Positions 9,345 to 18,624 of a stretch of DNA of 64,000 nt are shown here, in pieces. Under the pieces are notes generated by a model. That model was given only the letters and a program-made list of their open reading frames with translations, did no database searches and was not told the origin of the DNA. Source of the DNA: an uncultured Candidatus Saccharibacteria bacterium (lineage in GTDB: Bacteria > Patescibacteriota > Minisyncoccia > Minisyncoccales > Staskawiczbacteraceae). The DNA lies in assembly GCA_964404005.1 (NCBI GenBank), contig CAYOIH010000001.1:226-64225 (forward strand), written 5' to 3'. Each line of letters opens with the position of its first letter. The first letter of the stretch is position 1. A program made the position numbers and the translations under genes.

Positions 9345-10852
9345 CTTCGTCTAAGATATTATTTTTTCTTTGTATCGCGTTTGTTGTTGGAATATTTTTT
9401 GAGTCTTTGGTAAAAATTCCCCAAATTTTTGTTTGTGGGATTTTATTTATCGGAATTTTGCTAATTTTTTCATCATTCGTAATCCGCGAGAATCCGTTAT
9501 TAAGCCGTGTAAATCTGTTAGTCGCAGGATTCTGTCTTTTATTTTTAATTATAGGAATCCTGCGACTCCAGATTTTTGAATTTAATATCTCAAATGACAA
9601 ATTAAGCCAGTTAAACGGAAAAGGTGAAATTACGATTAGCGGAACAATATGCAAAGAGCCGGATGTAAGGGACACGTCGCAAAAATTAACGGTATGCGCC
9701 CAAGGAAGCGAGGTTTTGGTGACTACGAACAGGTATCCCGAATACAAATATTTAGATGAAATAAAAATTACGGGAAAACTTGAGGAGCCGATGGAGACCG
9801 AAGATTTTAGTTATAAAAATTATTTATTGAAAGATCATATTTATTCTGTGATAGGCTTTCCTAAAATTGAAGTGTCGGGCAAAGCCAGCGAAGACCCGTT
9901 CTCCGCTATTTATTCTGGGATATTATTTTTAAAACAAAAAATAAGGCAAAGCATACAGAATAATTTTTTGCCTCCACAAAGCTCTGTATTGCAGGGGATT
10001 ATTTTGGGAGACAAAAGCGCGGTAGGGCAGAATATCAAGGATAAATTTAAAAACACAGGTCTAAGCCACGTGATTGCGGTTTCCGGCATGCATATTGTCA
10101 TATTAAGTTCTATTGTAATGTCATTTTTGCTGTTTTTGGGTTTATGGAGAAGGCAGGCATTTTATGGAGCAGTAGTTTTTATTTGTATTTATGTTGTTTT
10201 AACCGGTTTGCCTCCGTCCGGATTGAGGGCTGGAATTATGGGCATAATTTATTTATCAGGCCAGGCGCTGGGCAGGCAGACAATGAGCTCAAGAATAATT
10301 ATTTTAGCAGCGGCATTAATGCTTTTATTCAATCCTTTGCTTCTGATTTATGACGTCGGATTTCAGCTTTCGTTTTTAGCTGTTTTGGGCTTAATATATT
10401 TTGAACCGGCCATAAGAAATTTTATAAAATTTTTAGCAGACAGGTTTTTTAAGTTAAAAATCAGCGAAAAATACGAAAGCGTCCTTATGGTGCTTACCGC
10501 CACAATATCTGCCCAAGTTTTTACTTTACCGATTATAATTTACAATTTTGGGAATATTTCTTTCATTTCTCCTGTGACTAATATATTAATCGTGCCGATT
10601 ATTTATTATCTGATGTTTTTTGGGCTTTTATCTTCTGTGGCAGGAATAATTTGGGGGTTTTTGGGTTGGTTGCTGTCTTTGCCGTGCTATTTTTTGATGA
10701 CGTATTTTTTATGGGTGATTAATATTTTTGACAAGCCATGGTCGCATAAAATTATTTCAAATGTTTCCTGGGTTTGGCTTCCGATTTCTTATTTAATTAT
10801 TGGCTTTACTACTTGGATTTTGAACAAGAAGTTTGTTCAGAAAATAGTCTAA
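9329..10852 (+). CDS. comEC: ComEC/Rec2 family DNA internalisation channel protein (competence domain only, no beta-lactamase domain)
   Basis: multi-TM protein with GLSHVIAVSGMHIVIL ComEC signature; overlaps nrdG stop by 16 nt. Confidence 0.8.
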   Translation: MQSEMTSSKILFFLCIAFVVGIFFESLVKIPQIFVCGILFIGILLIFSSFVIRENPLLSRVNLLVAGFCLLFLIIGILRLQIFEFNISNDKLSQLNGKGEITISGTICKEPDVRDTSQKLTVCAQGSEVLVTTNRYPEYKYLDEIKITGKLEEPMETEDFSYKNYLLKDHIYSVIGFPKIEVSGKASEDPFSAIYSGILFLKQKIRQSIQNNFLPPQSSVLQGIILGDKSAVGQNIKDKFKNTGLSHVIAVSGMHIVILSSIVMSFLLFLGLWRRQAFYGAVVFICIYVVLTGLPPSGLRAGIMGIIYLSGQALGRQTMSSRIIILAAALMLLFNPLLLIYDVGFQLSFLAVLGLIYFEPAIRNFIKFLADRFFKLKISEKYESVLMVLTATISAQVFTLPIIIYNFGNISFISPVTNILIVPIIYYLMFFGLLSSVAGIIWGFLGWLLSLPCYFLMTYFLWVINIFDKPWSHKIISNVSWVWLPISYLIIGFTTWILNKKFVQKIV

Positions 10853-10908
10853 GATTATATTATTAGTAGCTCTTTGGGGCTTTAAATATGGCCTATTAAA
10901 ATGTATAA

Positions 10909-12240
10909 TTGTATAATAATATAATAATGGAAAATCAAAAAAATTTATTAAATACCGGCAAGGCCTGGATTGTGGCGGCAGATATGGGCTATGGCCACCA
11001 AAGGACAGCTTACCCTTTAAGGGACATCGCTTTCGGGGGTAAGGTGATTTGCGCCAATAGCTATCGGGGCATTCCCAAAAAAGATAAAAAATTCTGGCAG
11101 AAAACGCGATTTTTATATGAGTTTATTTCGAGATTCAAAAGAATTCCCCTCTTAGGAGATTTTGCTTTTTCAATTTTAGACAAGTTTCAGAAAATTTTAA
11201 TTTATTATCCCAAAAGGGATTTATCCAGGCCGGATATCGCCCTAAGGAATATTTTTTATTTTATCAGAAATGGCTGGGGAAAGGATTTAATTGAAAGATT
11301 TAAAAAAAATTCTATACCGTTAATTTCCACTTTTTTTACACCGGCTTTTATGGCAGAGGCTTTCAATTATCCGAATGATATTTATTGCGTTATATGCGAT
11401 GCTGATGTTTCAAGGGCATGGGCGCCGTTAGACCCCAAAAAGAGCAAGATTAAATATTTTGTTCCCAATACCTGGACGCGCGACAGGCTAAAGCTTTATG
11501 GAGTAAGTCCTGAACACATTTTTTTGACAGGATACCCGTTGCCGAAAGAAAATATCGGAGAAAATCTGGAAATTTTGAAGGAAGATATGAGGCGCCGAAT
11601 TATAAATTTGGACCCCAATAAAAAGTACAGAAAACTATACGAGCCTTTAATTAAAGGTATTTTAGGCAAATTACCGGAAAAATCAGACCATCCTTTAACT
11701 ATAATGTTTTCTATAGGAGGGGCTGGGGCGCAGAAAGAAATCCCACTAAATGCGATAAACAGCCTGAAGAAAAGTATAAAAAATAGAAAATTAAGGTTTA
11801 TTATAGCCGTCGGTGTAAGAGAAGAATTGAGAAAATATTTTGCAGAAAATATAAAGGACTTGAAATTAGACGGCTGGGTTCATATTTTATCCGGCATAAC
11901 AACAGATGAATATTTCAAAACTTTTAATGAGGCCTTGAGAGAGACGGATGTTTTATGGACAAAACCGTCTGAACTTTCTTTTTATGCAGGGTTGGGCATT
12001 CCTATAATTATGGCTCCAACAATCGGTTCGCAGGAGGATTTTAATAAAAAATGGCTGTTGCACGTTGGCGCCGGCGTTGCGCAGGAAAATCCAAAATACG
12101 CCGAGCAATGGTTTTACGATTCGTTAAATTCCGGTGATTTGGCCGAAGTTGCTGTGCAGGGCTTTGTAGAAATAGAAAAAATGGGCGCATATAATATAGA
12201 AAAAATAATAAGATCCAATATGTACCATAACAAAACATAA
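10909..12240 (+). CDS. putative GT-B glycosyltransferase (GT28/MGDG-synthase/MurG-like N-terminus)
   Basis: N-terminal WIVAADMGYGHQRTAYP resembles the G-x-G-H nucleotide-sugar loop of MurG/MGDG synthases; assignment tentative. Confidence 0.35.
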   Translation: MYNNIIMENQKNLLNTGKAWIVAADMGYGHQRTAYPLRDIAFGGKVICANSYRGIPKKDKKFWQKTRFLYEFISRFKRIPLLGDFAFSILDKFQKILIYYPKRDLSRPDIALRNIFYFIRNGWGKDLIERFKKNSIPLISTFFTPAFMAEAFNYPNDIYCVICDADVSRAWAPLDPKKSKIKYFVPNTWTRDRLKLYGVSPEHIFLTGYPLPKENIGENLEILKEDMRRRIINLDPNKKYRKLYEPLIKGILGKLPEKSDHPLTIMFSIGGAGAQKEIPLNAINSLKKSIKNRKLRFIIAVGVREELRKYFAENIKDLKLDGWVHILSGITTDEYFKTFNEALRETDVLWTKPSELSFYAGLGIPIIMAPTIGSQEDFNKKWLLHVGAGVAQENPKYAEQWFYDSLNSGDLAEVAVQGFVEIEKMGAYNIEKIIRSNMYHNKT

Positions 12241-12241
12241 A

Positions 12242-13267
12242 ATGAGAAAAAAAACAAAAATGATTATAATTTTTTTACTAATAATTATAGCCACGCTGGC
12301 AGTTGTTTTTTGCTATTTTTTTGCAGGAAAAGCGCCCGTGTCCCAAAATATCACATGGGGCGTTGATTTTTCCCAGATGCAGGCAGAATCTTTAAAACTG
12401 AACTGGAAAGAAGCCTATTTGTCTATAATTGACGATTTGGGCGCAAAAAATATAAAACTTCACACACAGTGGGATTGGGTTGAAGGCAAGCAAGATAAAT
12501 ATTACTTTAACGATATCGACTGGCAATTAGCCGAGGCAAAAAATAACGGAGTTAAGATTATTTATGTTTTAGGCCTAAAAAGCGGGCGCTGGCCGGAGTG
12601 CCACATCCCGGCATGGGCATCTTCTCTGGCAAAAGACCAACAGCAGGAGAAATTATTAAAATATATAAAAACAGTTGTTTTGAGATATAAAGATAATCCC
12701 GCGATTATCAATTGGCAGGTGGAAAACGAGCCTCTTTTTAAGTTCGGCACTTGCCCGGATTGGTACTACGACGGCGGAAAGTTTTTGGCACAGGAAGTGG
12801 CGTTAGTCAAATTTTTAGATCCGTCAAGGCCGGTTATTATTTCCGACTCCGGCGAGCAGTCTAACTGGTTTGGCGCGGCTAAAATAGCAGATATAGTGGG
12901 CATCACAATGTATAGGGAAGTTTGGGCGCACGTAGCAGACGGCTGGGGGTTTTATTTAAAATCGTTTTTATCTCCGGTGACCTATTGGCGCAAGGCCCTT
13001 CTTATACAAAAATTATTCAACAAAAGCGTAATTTGCATAGAATTGCAGGCAGAGCCATGGGCTTCAAAACCGTTTTATGATGTTCCGCTGTTAGAACAGG
13101 CAAAAACCATGAATCCGGAAATATTCGGAAAGAATGTTGAGTACGCAAAAGAAACAGGATTGGACAAAGTTTATATGTGGGGAGTAGAATGGTGGTACTG
13201 GATGAAAACGACCCAAAACCAGTCACAGATTTGGGATAGTGCAAAAGCTTTATTTAACACTAAGTAA
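12242..13267 (+). CDS. membrane-anchored putative glycoside hydrolase (TIM-barrel, GH5-like)
   Basis: N-terminal TM anchor; INWQVENEPLF (NEP catalytic acid/base-like motif), WPECHIP; weak. Confidence 0.3.
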   Translation: MRKKTKMIIIFLLIIIATLAVVFCYFFAGKAPVSQNITWGVDFSQMQAESLKLNWKEAYLSIIDDLGAKNIKLHTQWDWVEGKQDKYYFNDIDWQLAEAKNNGVKIIYVLGLKSGRWPECHIPAWASSLAKDQQQEKLLKYIKTVVLRYKDNPAIINWQVENEPLFKFGTCPDWYYDGGKFLAQEVALVKFLDPSRPVIISDSGEQSNWFGAAKIADIVGITMYREVWAHVADGWGFYLKSFLSPVTYWRKALLIQKLFNKSVICIELQAEPWASKPFYDVPLLEQAKTMNPEIFGKNVEYAKETGLDKVYMWGVEWWYWMKTTQNQSQIWDSAKALFNTK

Positions 13268-13988
13268 AATGTTGTCTATAATTATTCCATCGTTAAATGA
13301 GGAAAAATATTTGCCACTGCTTTTAGAATCAATAAAAAAGCAGGGATTTTCTGATTATGAAATTATTTTGGCTGATGCCGGATCAACAGATAAAACAGCG
13401 GAGATTGCAAAAAAATATAGCTGTATAATTACGCCCGGAGGATTGCCCGGCAAGGGTAGAAACAATGGGGCTAAAATCGCCAAAGGGGATTTGCTGTTTT
13501 TTATAGATGCAGACACCGTTATGCCGGATAATTCCCTTAAAAAAAGTTTAGCCGAGTTTAACGAAAGAAAACTTGAAATTGCCAGTTTTTGTTTAGTTTC
13601 GCTTCCTAAAAGTAAATTTTCATCCTTTCTTTTAAATATTTTTTACAACCAGCCCATTGTTTTATTGGAGAGCGCATTACCGCATGCTGCCATGGGAATT
13701 TTAATCAAAAAAGATATTTTTGAAAAAATCGGAGGATTTGACGAAGATGTCAAGCTGGCAGAAGACCATTATTTAGCGAGGCGCGCCACAGGGGGATTTA
13801 AAGCAAAATTTGGGATTATAAAATCTACAGAATTATTTGTTTCAGATAGAAGATTTAAAACAGACGGCTGGTTTTCAACCGGTATAAAATTTTTTCTTTG
13901 CGAATTGCACATGATATTTTTAGGTCCGGTGAAATCCGACATTTTTAGATATAAATTCGGCCACTACAAAGAAAAGACCAAAAGTTAA
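13239..13988 (+). CDS. family 2 glycosyltransferase
   Basis: IIIPSLNEE...ILADAGSTDKT...FFIDADT (DxD) GT-A fold motifs. Confidence 0.7.
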   Translation: MQKLYLTLSKMLSIIIPSLNEEKYLPLLLESIKKQGFSDYEIILADAGSTDKTAEIAKKYSCIITPGGLPGKGRNNGAKIAKGDLLFFIDADTVMPDNSLKKSLAEFNERKLEIASFCLVSLPKSKFSSFLLNIFYNQPIVLLESALPHAAMGILIKKDIFEKIGGFDEDVKLAEDHYLARRATGGFKAKFGIIKSTELFVSDRRFKTDGWFSTGIKFFLCELHMIFLGPVKSDIFRYKFGHYKEKTKS

Positions 13989-14014
13989 TTTTTATTTTAT
14001 TAATTTTTTTATTT

Positions 14015-15304
14015 ATGCAGTACAATTTTTCAGCGCCAGACATAAAAGGTATTAAAAATAAAATCGTAAAAGTTATAAAAAACAGAAAACTGTGGGCGGG
14101 AGTGGGCTTGGTTATAATAGGATGCGTGGCAGGTATAGCAGTTTTTCATTATTTCCCGTCTCAAACAGACGCGTTTTTGCAATATTTTCAAATGCCGGCA
14201 ACCCAGATTTCTAAAACTACCGGCCAGCCGACGGCAAACCAGTATGTTTCAAGCGTTTCTTATGAGCAGGCGGTAATTGACGCGGCAAAAAATGTTTCGC
14301 CCTCTGTTGTTAGTATTGTGATTTCAAAAAATGTTCCTGTCTATGAGCAACAATTTGTAAATCCGTTTGGCGAAACATTTCCGGAGTTTAATTTTCAGAT
14401 TCCTCAACAGGTGCAAAACGGAACGAAATACCAGGAAGTCGGAGCCGGCTCAGGTTTTATAGTTTCAGTAGACGGTTTGGTTTTAACAAACAAGCACGTT
14501 GTATCTGACAGTAAAGCAGATTACACCGTTTTTACAAATGACGGACAAAAATATCCGGCAAAAGTTTTGGCGTTAGACCCCGTGCAGGATTTGGCTGTTA
14601 TAAAAATAGAACCGCAAGAAGGAAAAACGTTTCAAGCAGTGACGTTGGGAGATTCTGACGGCGTGCAGATAGGCCAAACGGCAATTGCTATTGGAAACGC
14701 GCTGGGGCAATTTTCCAACACAGTTTCTGTGGGCGTGGTTTCCGGTCTTGAAAGGACAATTTCCGCTTCCGACCAAGTCGGTTCGTTTTTTGAAACATTG
14801 GAAAATATTATTCAGACAGACGCGGCAATTAACGCGGGAAATTCCGGAGGGCCCTTATTAAATCTGAAAGGTGAGGTTATTGGGATTGATACTGCCATGG
14901 CGCAAGGAGCCCAGGATATTGGTTTTGCAATACCGATTAATATGGCAAAAAAAGATATAGAGCAGGTTAAGGCAACAAACAAAATTGTTTACCCGTTTTT
15001 AGGAGTAAGATATGTTCTGGTTGATGACCAAGTAAAACAAAAATATAATTTGTCTGTAGATTACGGGGCTTTGGTTCTAAAAGGAAGCAAGGGAGAGGTG
15101 GCTGTGACTTCGGGGTCTGCGGCAGAAAAAGCCGGCGTAAAAGAAAACGACATTATTTTGGAATTAAACGGGCAAAAGATTACTAAAGACAGTTCTCTTT
15201 CAAACATGCTTTTAAATTATAACCCAGGCGACACGGTTTCCTTAAAAATTTTGCGCGACGGAGAGGAGACGAATATAGACGTTGTGCTGGGCGAGAGGAG
15301 TTAG
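14015..15304 (+). CDS. htrA: HtrA/DegP family serine protease with PDZ domain
   Basis: TNKHVV (His), D, GNSGGPLLN (Ser) catalytic triad motifs; C-terminal PDZ; N-terminal TM. Confidence 0.85.
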   Translation: MQYNFSAPDIKGIKNKIVKVIKNRKLWAGVGLVIIGCVAGIAVFHYFPSQTDAFLQYFQMPATQISKTTGQPTANQYVSSVSYEQAVIDAAKNVSPSVVSIVISKNVPVYEQQFVNPFGETFPEFNFQIPQQVQNGTKYQEVGAGSGFIVSVDGLVLTNKHVVSDSKADYTVFTNDGQKYPAKVLALDPVQDLAVIKIEPQEGKTFQAVTLGDSDGVQIGQTAIAIGNALGQFSNTVSVGVVSGLERTISASDQVGSFFETLENIIQTDAAINAGNSGGPLLNLKGEVIGIDTAMAQGAQDIGFAIPINMAKKDIEQVKATNKIVYPFLGVRYVLVDDQVKQKYNLSVDYGALVLKGSKGEVAVTSGSAAEKAGVKENDIILELNGQKITKDSSLSNMLLNYNPGDTVSLKILRDGEETNIDVVLGERS

Positions 15305-15378
15305 TAAAATTTATATTATAAGCTAAAAAAAGCAGGCTGTTATGATGGTCTGTTTTTTATTTTTGTGGGGACATTGAG

Positions 15379-15405
15379 TTATCACTCTTGACTTGAGAGT
15401 GCTAT
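15379..15405 (+). promoter_or_regulatory. CIRCE-like HrcA operator upstream of clpB
   Basis: TTATCACTC-N9-GAGTGCTAT vs CIRCE consensus TTAGCACTC-N9-GAGTGCTAA (2 mismatches, arms nearly perfectly inverted). Confidence 0.7.
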
Positions 15406-15433
15406 TGATTTATCATAAAGTTTGAGCTAAAAT
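15405..15433 (+). promoter_or_regulatory. sigma70-like promoter abutting CIRCE
   Basis: TTGATT - 17 nt - TAAAAT. Confidence 0.45.
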
Positions 15434-15465
15434 AGAAATATAAAACGTAATAATAATATTGAATC

Positions 15466-15555
15466 ACCCTTCGGCAAGCTCAGGGCGCTTCGACTCCGCA
15501 AATTAAATACTTGCGCTGAGCGGAGCCTGAGTCAGACGAAGGCGGAGTCGAAGCG
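15466..15555 (+). repeat. structured palindromic element in clpB 5' leader built on a family-1 repeat copy; sequesters the SD
   Basis: gcttcgactccgc (15487-15499) is perfectly complementary to gcggagtcgaagc (15542-15554), which overlaps the GGAG SD just before the GTG start at 15555; 5' part ccttcggcaagctcagggc is family-1 consensus. Confidence 0.55.
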
Positions 15556-18281
15556 TGAACGGATCAAATTTTACAAACAAGGCTCAAGATGCGCTGATGC
15601 AAGCCCAACAATTGGCTCAGGAAAAAGGGCAGTCGCAGATTGACGCCTTGCATTTGCTTTATGTGTTGCTTGTGCAAGAAGGCAGTATTATAACTACAAT
15701 TTTACAAAAACTCGGTATAGATGGAGACTCTTTAAATAAAAAAGTTGAGTCTCAAATTGCAAAAATTCCGACAACTTTATCTCCGCAGGCATTCGGGCAG
15801 TTTTATCTTACGCAGGACATGGCAAAAGTTTTAGACCGTGCCAGGCAGGAGGCGATAAAAATGAACGATGAATTTATTTCCGTCGAGCATTTATTTTTAG
15901 CGCTTTTAGATACAAAATCAGGAGCTAAAGATATTTTAGAAAAAATTAACTTTATATCCGGATCTTCCGGAGCAGCGGAAGGAAGCAACCTGAAGAATTC
16001 TAAACTTGATTACGAAGTTGTAATAAAAATTTTGTCGCAGATAAGAGGAGGGCAAAGGATTACAGACCCGGAGCCGGAATCAAAATACCAGGTAATCGAA
16101 AAATATACCAGAAACTTAACCAATTTGGCGTCTGCCGGAAAAATTGATCCGATAATCGGTAGGGATAATGAAATCAGAAGATTGATGCAAATAATTTCCA
16201 GAAGGACAAAAAATAATCCGGTGCTAATTGGAGAAGCCGGAGTCGGAAAAACAGCCATTGTTGAGGGGTTTGCCCAAAGAATTGCCAGGGGGAATGTGCC
16301 CGATTTTTTAAAGAACAAGGAAATAATTTCTTTGGATTTGGGTTCTATAATTGCGGGAACAAAATATCGAGGAGAATTTGAAACAAGAATTAAAGCGTTG
16401 TTAAAAGAGTTGTCACGGGCTGCAGGAAAATATATTTTATTTATTGATGAATTGCATACTTTAGTGGGAGCGGGGGCCGCAGAGGGAGCAATGGACGCTT
16501 CAAATCTTTTAAAGCCCGCATTATCCAGGGGAGAATTAAGAGCAATTGGAGCCACAACCACAAGAGAATATCAAAAATACATTGAACAGGACCCGGCTTT
16601 AGAAAGGAGATTTCAGCCGATTTATGTTCAAGAACCTAATGTGGAAGATGCCACCGCGATTTTGCGTGGAATTAAAGAAAAATATGAAGTCCATCATGGA
16701 GTGAAAATAAAAGATTCTGCTATTAAGGCCGCTGTTGAATTGGCAAGCAGATACATTGCCGACAGATTTTTGCCGGACAAAGCGGTTGATTTGATGGACG
16801 AGGCGGCTTCTGCTTTAAGGTTGGAAATTGAATCTGACCCGCAGGAATTGGAAAAATTTGACGAGGCGATTATGAAGCTTGAAATTGAAAAACAAGCGTT
16901 GCGACCCAGAGGGTACCCCGAGCAAGGCTCTGAAAGAAGGCTAAGAGTAATTGCCAGAGAGCTGGCGGATTTAAATGAAAAAACGAAATCATTGAGATTG
17001 AAATGGGGAGCTGAAAAGGAATTGATAAATAAAATAAAAGATATCAGGGAAAAACTGGACAATCTTTCCTACCAGACGGAAATTGCCCAAAGAGATGCGG
17101 ATTTGGAAAAAGTAGCTGAAATAAAATACGGGAAGATTCCGGAGTTATTGAAAGAACAGGCCGCGACAGAGCAAAAACTGATAAAAATACAAAAAGAGCA
17201 TAGATTTTTGAAGGAAGAAGTTACAGAAGAAGAGGTTGCCAAGGTTGTTTCCCGCTGGACCGGAATTCCGGTAATGCGTTTGATTACAGAAGAAGCGAAA
17301 AAATTAGAGACGATGGAAGACACCCTAAACAGGCGGGTAATCGGCCAGCAGGAAGCAATTTCAGCAATCTCAAGGGCTATCCGCAGGGCGAGAGCAGGAA
17401 TATCAGAGGAAGACAAGCCATTGGGCTCATTCCTGTTTTTGGGTCCCACCGGAGTTGGAAAAACGGAAACAGCTAGAGCCTTGGCGGAGTTTTTATTTGA
17501 TGATGAGAAAGCTATGATAAGGCTGGATATGTCAGAATATATGGAACGCCATACAGTTTCAAAAATTATAGGTTCCCCTCCAGGTTATGTTGGTTATGAA
17601 GAAGCCGGCCAACTGACAGAAAAAGTCAGAAGAAGACCGTATTCTGTTTTGCTGTTGGACGAAGTTGAAAAAGCTCACCCCGATGTTTTTAACATTTTAT
17701 TGCAGATTTTTGAAGACGGAAGATTAACAGACTCAAGGGGAAGAGTGGTGTCATTTAAAAATACAATTATTATAATGACTTCTAACTTGGGTTCAGATTA
17801 CATAAACAAAATGTCGTCTATCGGATTTAACACCAGAGAAGAATTGGTTCAAAGAGAATCAATGCGGGAAAAAATATTTGATTCTCTGCGCGACGCATTC
17901 AGGCCGGAGTTTTTGAACAGAATTGATGAAGTTGTGATATTCAATTATTTGCAGAAAGCGCAAATAAAAACGATCGTTGACTTAGAGTTATCCAAGGTTG
18001 AAAAGCGCTTGGCCTCAAAAGAAATTAAAATTGAGATTTCAGAAAAAGCCAAAGAATTTTTGGTAAAAGAAGGCTTTGATCCTAACTTGGGTGCGCGTCC
18101 CCTAAAAAGAGTAATTCAGCGTTTAATTTTAGATCCATTATCTATAAAAATCGTTACCAACGAAATTACAGAGGGTTCACGAATTTTAATCGACGAGAAA
18201 GACGGCAAGATGGTTTTTGAGGTGCCGCGGCAACTGCCCAGAATGAGGTCGGCGCCAAGATTGGCAAAAATAAAAAAATAA
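15555..18281 (+). CDS. clpB: ATP-dependent chaperone ClpB
   Basis: two AAA+ modules (GEAGVGKTA Walker A; GPTGVGKTE second Walker A), coiled-coil M-domain, ~908 aa; GTG start. Confidence 0.9.
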   Translation: MNGSNFTNKAQDALMQAQQLAQEKGQSQIDALHLLYVLLVQEGSIITTILQKLGIDGDSLNKKVESQIAKIPTTLSPQAFGQFYLTQDMAKVLDRARQEAIKMNDEFISVEHLFLALLDTKSGAKDILEKINFISGSSGAAEGSNLKNSKLDYEVVIKILSQIRGGQRITDPEPESKYQVIEKYTRNLTNLASAGKIDPIIGRDNEIRRLMQIISRRTKNNPVLIGEAGVGKTAIVEGFAQRIARGNVPDFLKNKEIISLDLGSIIAGTKYRGEFETRIKALLKELSRAAGKYILFIDELHTLVGAGAAEGAMDASNLLKPALSRGELRAIGATTTREYQKYIEQDPALERRFQPIYVQEPNVEDATAILRGIKEKYEVHHGVKIKDSAIKAAVELASRYIADRFLPDKAVDLMDEAASALRLEIESDPQELEKFDEAIMKLEIEKQALRPRGYPEQGSERRLRVIARELADLNEKTKSLRLKWGAEKELINKIKDIREKLDNLSYQTEIAQRDADLEKVAEIKYGKIPELLKEQAATEQKLIKIQKEHRFLKEEVTEEEVAKVVSRWTGIPVMRLITEEAKKLETMEDTLNRRVIGQQEAISAISRAIRRARAGISEEDKPLGSFLFLGPTGVGKTETARALAEFLFDDEKAMIRLDMSEYMERHTVSKIIGSPPGYVGYEEAGQLTEKVRRRPYSVLLLDEVEKAHPDVFNILLQIFEDGRLTDSRGRVVSFKNTIIIMTSNLGSDYINKMSSIGFNTREELVQRESMREKIFDSLRDAFRPEFLNRIDEVVIFNYLQKAQIKTIVDLELSKVEKRLASKEIKIEISEKAKEFLVKEGFDPNLGARPLKRVIQRLILDPLSIKIVTNEITEGSRILIDEKDGKMVFEVPRQLPRMRSAPRLAKIKK

Positions 18282-18334
18282 AGTTACACTAAAAAATCGT
18301 CTAAGTAGCGATTTCTGCGCAGAAAGTTGGTGTT

Positions 18335-18571
18335 ATGTCGGACTTAACACCAACTACTTTATGTGGAGCAGTAGACAAAACCGATTTAGACCAATATGGC
18401 AGGTGCTTGTGGTATATATTTATAAATAATACCAATATTGATGTGCAACTGGTAAAAGAAGGCCTGGCGATTGCGCGTTTTTATGAACCGGATGTAAAAT
18501 ACAAAGCAGAAATAACAGCAGCCGAAAAATATGCCCAGCAAAATAGTATTGGCTGTAAATGGGTAAAATAA
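18335..18571 (+). pseudogene. staphylococcal/micrococcal nuclease (SNase) C-terminal remnant
   Basis: YGRCLWYIF...VQLVKEGLAIARFYEPD...AEKYAQQNSIGCW matches SNase C-terminal half; N-terminal catalytic half and signal peptide absent. Confidence 0.5.
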
Positions 18572-18624
18572 GCGGTTTGACTTCAATTTCTAAAAAATTG
18601 TAAGATAAGAAAACTATTGCAATT

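Noticed and set aside
9274-9747. 157-aa minus-strand ORF
   Set aside because: Antisense to nrdG/comEC overlap region; no support.
16891-16940. Possible degenerate family-1 copy in the clpB M-domain (ccccgagcaaggctctgaaagaagg)
   Set aside because: Alignment to the consensus requires several gaps; not convincing.
16010-17449. Three minus-strand ORFs (183, 122, 126 aa)
   Set aside because: All antisense inside clpB; no motifs; shadow ORFs.
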